The translations under genes were made by a program, and so were the position numbers. Positions 45,216-50,208 of a DNA stretch of 50,208 bases are shown here, piece after piece. This DNA is from Candidatus Kappaea frigidicola (lineage in GTDB: Bacteria; Omnitrophota; Gorgyraeia; JAGLLT01). Below the pieces are notes generated by a model. It saw only the letters and a program-made list of their open reading frames with translations. It had not been told where the DNA came from and ran no database searches. How positions within the stretch are numbered: position 1 is the stretch's first letter; the number at the start of each line of letters is the position of its first letter. The DNA lies in NCBI GenBank assembly GCA_030765555.1, contig JAVCCI010000034.1, positions 1-50,208 on the forward strand, given 5' to 3'.

Positions 45216-45995
45216 TCAAAGTTTTTTTACCTCATCATCTTCCTGAATTTCACCACTGAGATCCTCTGGTAAAATTTTAGCTGACGACATATCTTTATAT
45301 ACTTGCTCAACCTCAACTTTAGCTAATAATTCACCATCTCTATAAACACCAAACTGCGCACCAACACCTACTCCATTCTGTTCACCCAAATCAATAACTA
45401 TGAAATTAAACTCTTTATTAACAACTAAGACTCTTCCATCACTAATCATTTCATCGGCCTTGACAATAACAGTTCCCAACTCCACTTCATCTTCAGAATC
45501 TGAAGATATAACATTTCCAGAACTAATCTTAGCCTCTAAAGCTTTTTTTGCTAACCTAATTTGATTAAGTTTATTAAGAAGCTCTTCATTCTCTGATTCA
45601 AGACCTGAATATTTACTCTTAAGCCCAGAGAGGCTGCTTTCATGATCACTCATTTTTGTTTTAAGAGTGGCAATTTCAGAATCTTTATTTTTTAAATTTG
45701 ATTCCGCTGCTTGCCTTTTACTCTTCTCAGAACCTACCTGAACTTCTAATTGCTCTGCCTCTTGCTTCAAAGAATCTAAATCAGATTGAACACTTGCTAT
45801 TTGAGCCTTTATTTCATCGCGTTCCTTCTGAAGATCATTTTTAGCAGTTTGAAGTTGTGAAATCTGCGAACAAAGCTCCACATTTTTTGCTTTTTCCTTC
45901 ATTTGCAAAAATAATAACCCACCTGCTAAAGCCGCAAATATCACACAAAATATAATTAGAATTATTAATCCTGTTTTTGGACTCTGAGCCATCAT
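45216..45995 (-). CDS. Membrane-anchored coiled-coil protein of unknown function
   Basis: N-terminal TM (GLIILIIFCVIFAALAGGLLF), roughly 120 aa of heptad-like Q/E/K/L-rich coiled coil, and a small beta-rich C-terminal domain (VLVVNKEFNFIVIDLGEQNGVGVGAQFGVYRDGELLAKVEV). It has its own promoter and terminator. Confidence 0.5.
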   Translation of the reverse strand: MMAQSPKTGLIILIIFCVIFAALAGGLLFLQMKEKAKNVELCSQISQLQTAKNDLQKERDEIKAQIASVQSDLDSLKQEAEQLEVQVGSEKSKRQAAESNLKNKDSEIATLKTKMSDHESSLSGLKSKYSGLESENEELLNKLNQIRLAKKALEAKISSGNVISSDSEDEVELGTVIVKADEMISDGRVLVVNKEFNFIVIDLGEQNGVGVGAQFGVYRDGELLAKVEVEQVYKDMSSAKILPEDLSGEIQEDDEVKKL

Positions 45996-46025
45996 TGCCC
46001 TCCCTTTTTTTATCTATTGTAAATT

Positions 46026-46054
46026 AGTATAACATACTATCATTTCTTTTTCAA
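46026..46054 (-). promoter_or_regulatory. Sigma70-like promoter of the coiled-coil gene
   Basis: TTGAAA, 17 nt, TATACT, with a TGT extended -10. Confidence 0.5.
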
Positions 46055-46079
46055 GATGCAATTGATTATTAAAAAACTT

Positions 46080-46979
46080 TTATAAAGACTCTATATAAAC
46101 GTGCATCTCTTCCGGCATTTTAGCCTCAAAGATTCTAAAATCATCAAAGGCCGGATGATTAAAACCTAATCTAATAGCATGCAACATCTGCCTTGAAGCA
46201 TCACCGCCAACTCCATAACTTCTATCCCCCATTATAGGGTGATTTATGTGCTTCAGATGAACTCTTATCTGGTGGGTTCTGCCAGTTTTCAAACTAAGCT
46301 TAAGAACAGTCTTCTTTTTGTAACGTTTAATGACATTATAATTAGTAATTGCATCTCTATCAGAATTATAATCAATGACTCTCTTAAGCCTCATGTTTAA
46401 TGAGCGACCTATAGGAGCATCAATTACTCCCTGATCAAATTCAACAACCCCCATAACTACTGCGATGTATTCCCTGAGAACAGTTCTCTCTTTAAATTGC
46501 AGAGCTAGTTTTTCATGTGTATTATTGTCCTTGGCAATCACCATCAAACCAGAAGTATCTTTATCAAGTCGATGAACGATGCCAGGTTTAAGCGGACCAG
46601 CAATATCAGAAAGTTTATCAATATGAAAAAGTAAAGCATTCACCATGGTATGCTCGACACCAAATGATGGAGGATGCACCGTTAAACCTACTGGCTTATT
46701 AACAACTACTAGATAATCATCTTGATAAACAACGTCCAATTTAATATCTTCTGCCAATAATACTTGCTCATCCTTCGCCTCAATGGAAACATAAACTTCT
46801 TCATCAGCTTTAATAATATAACGTGGTTTTATCTGTGCACCTTTTATTATAATCGCTCCAGCATCAATCATTTTGCGAATCTCACTTCGCGAAACACAAT
46901 CAGAAAGTTTATCAGCCAGATATTTATCTAAACGAATTCCAGCATCTTCTTGAGTAATTTTAAATACTTTTTTTTGCAT
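46080..46979 (-). CDS. rluD: 23S rRNA pseudouridine synthase, RluD/RluA family
   Basis: S4 domain (RLDKYL) and catalytic HRLDKDTSG. 299 aa. Confidence 0.9.
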   Translation of the reverse strand: MQKKVFKITQEDAGIRLDKYLADKLSDCVSRSEIRKMIDAGAIIIKGAQIKPRYIIKADEEVYVSIEAKDEQVLLAEDIKLDVVYQDDYLVVVNKPVGLTVHPPSFGVEHTMVNALLFHIDKLSDIAGPLKPGIVHRLDKDTSGLMVIAKDNNTHEKLALQFKERTVLREYIAVVMGVVEFDQGVIDAPIGRSLNMRLKRVIDYNSDRDAITNYNVIKRYKKKTVLKLSLKTGRTHQIRVHLKHINHPIMGDRSYGVGGDASRQMLHAIRLGFNHPAFDDFRIFEAKMPEEMHVYIESL

Positions 46980-47706
46980 TTTTTCTTAACCATAAATATA
47001 AACATATTGAAATTACTATAAAAAATAAACTAATTATTTGAGTTAGATTCAAGCCTAACCATATGCGATTCAAATCACCCCTAAGAAAATCAATTAGGTA
47101 TCTTAATAAAGCATAAAAAATAAAGTACAGACAAAATATCTGACCAGCAAAATGTCGCTTTTCATATAATAAATTCAAAGTGATAAATATTATTAACCAG
47201 GCAAATGAATAAAATAACTGTGTTGGATACACAGAATAAGATAATTGTGGAAATTTCATTCCAATTATTGAACTAGTCATTTTACCGTAGCAACATCCAT
47301 TTAAAAAACATCCTATTCGCCCTATAGATTGAGCTAAAGCAAGATAAGGTATAAATAAATCAGCTAAAGGCAAAAAAGATATTTTTTTCTTCTTCAGGAA
47401 TAACCAGCCAAAAATTACTGCCAAAACTAATCCCCCTTGATAAGCTAAACCTCCATGTTGAATCATGATGATCTCCAGGGGGCTATCTAAATAATATCGC
47501 AAGTTCACAATCACGTGTAACAAGCGACCACCAACAACACCACCGATTAAAAGCCAAATACTTAAATCGATAATCAATTGAGAATCAATATTTAACTCTT
47601 TACATTTTCTTATTATTAAAAAAATTGCTACTGAAAACCCAGTAGCCAAAAGTAAACCATATGAATATACTGTTATAGGACCTAATTCACACACTGTCGG
47701 ATGCAT
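46960..47706 (-). CDS. lgt: Prolipoprotein diacylglyceryl transferase
   Basis: Polytopic protein with GRIGCFLNGCCYG and the YPTQLF signature. The ATG at 47706 forms a TAATG overlap with the lspA stop. The ORF-track start at 47721 is a TTG. Confidence 0.85.
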   Translation of the reverse strand: MHPTVCELGPITVYSYGLLLATGFSVAIFLIIRKCKELNIDSQLIIDLSIWLLIGGVVGGRLLHVIVNLRYYLDSPLEIIMIQHGGLAYQGGLVLAVIFGWLFLKKKKISFLPLADLFIPYLALAQSIGRIGCFLNGCCYGKMTSSIIGMKFPQLSYSVYPTQLFYSFAWLIIFITLNLLYEKRHFAGQIFCLYFIFYALLRYLIDFLRGDLNRIWLGLNLTQIISLFFIVISICLYLWLRKNAKKSI

Positions 47707-48206
47707 TAATTCACTCCGCAACCTTTCTGATTCTGATTAAATATCGCAATAAAGAGAAGTATAATACCGCAGGTTATTGATGTATCAGCCAGATTAAAAA
47801 CCGGCCAAAACCTAAAATCTATAAAATCAATTACATACCCAACTCGCAACCTATCCACTAAATTGCTTAAAGCTCCAGCTAATATCATTGAATATGCAGA
47901 TCTGCTAAGAATATCCCTTGTTGGAGTTTTAAAAATTAAAATAAAAATAAGGATGATAGCTAGAAGACTAATATAAACAAAAAAACTATTGTTACCCGCA
48001 AACAAACCAAAAGCTGTACCAGTATTGTAAACAAGACGCATATCACATATGCCACAGTCTATATAATTACCATCACTTAATTTTGTGATAAAAATGCGCT
48101 TGAGTATCTGATCCAATCCAACTATACTCAATCCCACCAAAAAAGGTATGATTTTAAAAATTATCGTTTTCTTTTTCTTTTTGGTGCTCAATGCATAAAT
48201 CTGCAT
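47706..48206 (-). CDS. lspA: Lipoprotein signal peptidase II
   Basis: LVYNTGTAFG and FNLADTSI catalytic Asp contexts. 166 aa. Overlaps the upstream gene by 53 nt, so the true start may be further downstream. Confidence 0.85.
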   Translation of the reverse strand: MQIYALSTKKKKKTIIFKIIPFLVGLSIVGLDQILKRIFITKLSDGNYIDCGICDMRLVYNTGTAFGLFAGNNSFFVYISLLAIILIFILIFKTPTRDILSRSAYSMILAGALSNLVDRLRVGYVIDFIDFRFWPVFNLADTSITCGIILLFIAIFNQNQKGCGVN

Positions 48207-48546
48207 AAGGCATAGCCTTTAGTCTTTTCTCTGGTAATTTTTTTTGGCACTCAGAGCAATATCCATAAGTACCCTCCTTAATCCTCTTGAGAGCGTCGTT
48301 AATCTGTCTCAAAAGGTCTTCTTCACTACTAACTAAACCAATAGAAAAATCTCGATTATAATTATCAGTAGCTAAATCGGCTATGTGCAAAGTATGACTT
48401 GATAAATCACCGGATGATTCTTGAATATTCTTAAGTGCATCATCTTCCAAATGTTGTATTTGACTTATCAAAATTTCTCTTTGCTTTTCGAGAAGATTCT
48501 TAAAAAAATTTAGCTTTTCTTTTTTTATTTTTTTGACTTTGACCAT
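48154..48546 (-). CDS. DksA/TraR-family zinc-finger regulator
   Basis: 130 aa with an N-terminal coiled coil. The C-terminal finger CSEC-x17-CIEH is a C-x2-C-x17-C-x2-H variant. SD GAGGAG. Confidence 0.8.
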   Translation of the reverse strand: MVKVKKIKKEKLNFFKNLLEKQREILISQIQHLEDDALKNIQESSGDLSSHTLHIADLATDNYNRDFSIGLVSSEEDLLRQINDALKRIKEGTYGYCSECQKKLPEKRLKAMPYADLCIEHQKEKENDNF

Positions 48547-48585
48547 TTAAACTCTCCTCGTATAATATGTTTATTAAAGACGTTC

Positions 48586-48793
48586 GCTTTTGCTCACTCT
48601 AAGGATTAAGACGCTCATTTTATTTGCTCTAAGAATTAAGTTTTTTTACTTAATTCCTTGTACAAAACTTAAATTCTAAACTTTAGATGCTATTGTTTTT
48701 TGTATGCTCTACGCTAATATTTCTTGTTAGTTTTTTGCTCTTCACTCTAAATTCTTAGCTATTATTTCTTGCTTCTAACTTAATCCTTAATCC
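48586..48793. repeat. Degenerate ~30-40 nt direct repeats with interlocking inverted repeats in the ileS-dksA spacer
   Basis: About five copies of ttgctc(n)ctctaa(g)(g/a)att(a/c)(t)tag-like units on the plus strand, starting near 48590, 48624, 48705, 48735 and 48769. Complementary blocks are taaggattaag (48600-48610) with cttaatcctta (48779-48789), and ctaagaatt (48629-48637) with aattcttag (48749-48757). Confidence 0.5.
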
Positions 48794-50208
48794 CTAATCC
48801 TGTTTTAATTTGGTTGTTCGAATTGCTTCTACACACCTAGAGCATACCTCGCTTAGCCCTTCGCGATCATCAAATTTTTCAACATAGCGCCAGCAACGTG
48901 GACACTTAACTCCATTAATCTTTTCGACCATAACACCCAAATTTTTGTATTCTTGAGAACACTCCGATTCATCTGGTATTTTATCAACCATGGCTAGCCT
49001 AACCTTTGAAACAATAAATACATCAGCTAGGACTACTTCATGCTTTTTTAATAATTCAAAAATTTCTTGGCTGTTTGTAAAAAGAGTAACTTGCGCCTCA
49101 AGAGCATTACCAATTTCTTTATTCATACGTTTTTGCTCCAAGGCTTTTAAGACAACATTTCTTATGCCCGATATCTCATTCCAGTCACTTCTTATTTTTT
49201 CATTAATCCATTCATTTGGTGTCGCTTCTTGATTAAAGTTATCAACAAAGATTGTCTTCTTCTTCTCAGTTATGGGCAGATAGCCATATACCTCCTCTGC
49301 AGTAAAAGCCAGGATGGGTGCAATAATCTTATTTAATAAAACAGCAGTATGATAAAGAACCGTTTGAGCTGAGCGTCTAGCATCTGAATCAGTGGCCCAA
49401 GTATATAACCTGTCCTTCAATACGTCAAGATAAAAAGATGACATATCCACTGTACAAAAATTATATATCTTCTGAATAACTTTGTGTAATTCATAAGAAT
49501 CATAAAGTTTTATACAATCATCATAAGTCCGTTTCAAACAATCCAGAGCCCATTTATCAATTTCCAACATATTATCATAATCAATCTTATTCATCGAGAA
49601 ATCATAATCGTACAGATTACCAATAATGAATCTCAAAGTATTTCTTATCTTCCGATAAGCATCACTAACCCTCTGCAAAATTTCATCAGAAATGCCAATA
49701 TCATGATTGTAATCACTAAAAGCTACCCAGAGTCTTAGGATATCTGCCCCCATTTGATTAATAATCTTCTCAGGAGACACAGCATTCCCTGAAGACTTTG
49801 ACATTTTTTTACCCTGACCATCCACAATAAAACCATGAGTCAAAACCTGCTTATAACTGGGCTTTTCCTCTATTGCCATAGCAGTAATTAGTGATGTCTG
49901 AAACCAACCTCTATGCTGATCACTGCCTTCCAAATAAAGGTCGGCTGGATAACCTAGTTCATCACGTTCTCGCAAAACCGCTTGATGGCTTACCCCTGAA
50001 TCAAACCAGACATCTAATATATCATCTTCCTTACTAAATTCAGATGCAGAACATTTAGGACATTTATAACTGTCTGGTAAAAAATATGTGGCTTCTTTTT
50101 CAAACCAGACACTTAAACCCTCTTTTTCAACTATATCAGCCGTAGCTGAAATGATTTCATAATCTAAGAAAACATGTTTACATTTATTACAAGAAATAAC
50201 GGGCACAG
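48794..50208 (-). CDS. ileS: Isoleucine--tRNA ligase, C-terminal ~470 aa (5' end outside window)
   Basis: KMSKS loop (GKKMSKSSGN), an anticodon-binding domain, and a C-terminal zinc finger CPRC...CSRC. The ORF stays open to the window edge. Confidence 0.95.
   Translation of the reverse strand, partial: VPVISCNKCKHVFLDYEIISATADIVEKEGLSVWFEKEATYFLPDSYKCPKCSASEFSKEDDILDVWFDSGVSHQAVLRERDELGYPADLYLEGSDQHRGWFQTSLITAMAIEEKPSYKQVLTHGFIVDGQGKKMSKSSGNAVSPEKIINQMGADILRLWVAFSDYNHDIGISDEILQRVSDAYRKIRNTLRFIIGNLYDYDFSMNKIDYDNMLEIDKWALDCLKRTYDDCIKLYDSYELHKVIQKIYNFCTVDMSSFYLDVLKDRLYTWATDSDARRSAQTVLYHTAVLLNKIIAPILAFTAEEVYGYLPITEKKKTIFVDNFNQEATPNEWINEKIRSDWNEISGIRNVVLKALEQKRMNKEIGNALEAQVTLFTNSQEIFELLKKHEVVLADVFIVSKVRLAMVDKIPDESECSQEYKNLGVMVEKINGVKCPRCWRYVEKFDDREGLSEVCSRCVEAIRTTKLKQD

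Noticed and set aside
48586-48793. Possible CRISPR array in the ileS-dksA spacer
   Set aside because: The repeats are degenerate, unevenly spaced and only ~17-25 nt long, with no unique spacers of constant length. There are no cas genes in the window.
345-49232. All plus-strand ORFs in the six-frame track (62-150 aa; for example 345-569, 9777-10214, 19066-19488, 42674-43081, 44193-44645)
   Set aside because: Each lies entirely antisense within a minus-strand gene that has clear family motifs. Their translations are low-complexity (S/L/F/I-rich), as expected for shadow frames in AT-rich DNA. None has a convincing SD or promoter.
1-50208. Mobile elements, prophage, toxin-antitoxin or defence islands
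   Set aside because: No integrase, transposase, recombinase, phage structural, restriction-modification, Cas or abortive-infection-like ORFs were recognised. The content is core housekeeping plus pilus genes.

Overview
AT-rich, gene-dense chromosomal segment from a diderm (Gram-negative-type) bacterium. An uncultivated Omnitrophota-like lineage is a guess only and cannot be verified here. All 53 credible CDS, one of them absent from the ORF track, lie on the minus strand. I saw no rRNA, tRNA, CRISPR, transposase, integrase or obvious defence genes.

Inferred operon map, in transcription direction (descending coordinates):
- ileS (5' truncated by the window edge)
- 247-nt repeat-rich spacer
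- dksA-like-lspA-lgt-rluD
- [P] coiled-coil membrane protein [T]
- aroA
- [P] mreB-mreC-mreD-mrdA-rodA
- [P] HAMP-GAF-degenerate-GGDEF sensor, pilT, 1341-aa GGDEF-STAND-HEAT protein, orphan MshEN-like domain, pilB, pilB, pilC
- [P] pilin 1 [T]
- [P] pilin 2-pilMNOPQ [T]
- rng
- [P] rplU-rpmA-obg-proB-proA-nadD-CNNM-GT28
- [P] DUF5679 small ORF-rsfS-argS-lipB [T]
- [P] lipoyl-domain protein, aminotransferase, acyltransferase, GT2, pcm, small-export protein, PP-loop ATPase
- [P] three minor-pilin-like genes plus a glycine-zipper lipoprotein [T]
- pgsA-plsY-gpsA [T]

The most interesting content is the type IV pilus supercluster (21.4-38.5 kb). Its ATPase block contains a c-di-GMP-type signalling module: a degenerate-GGDEF sensor, a giant GGDEF-STAND-HEAT protein, a free-standing MshEN-like domain and two tandem PilB paralogs. 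A distal minor-pilin operon carries non-canonical cleavage sites and a DUF4114-tipped pseudopilin.

Everything is inferred by eye from motifs and synteny. No database search was possible.
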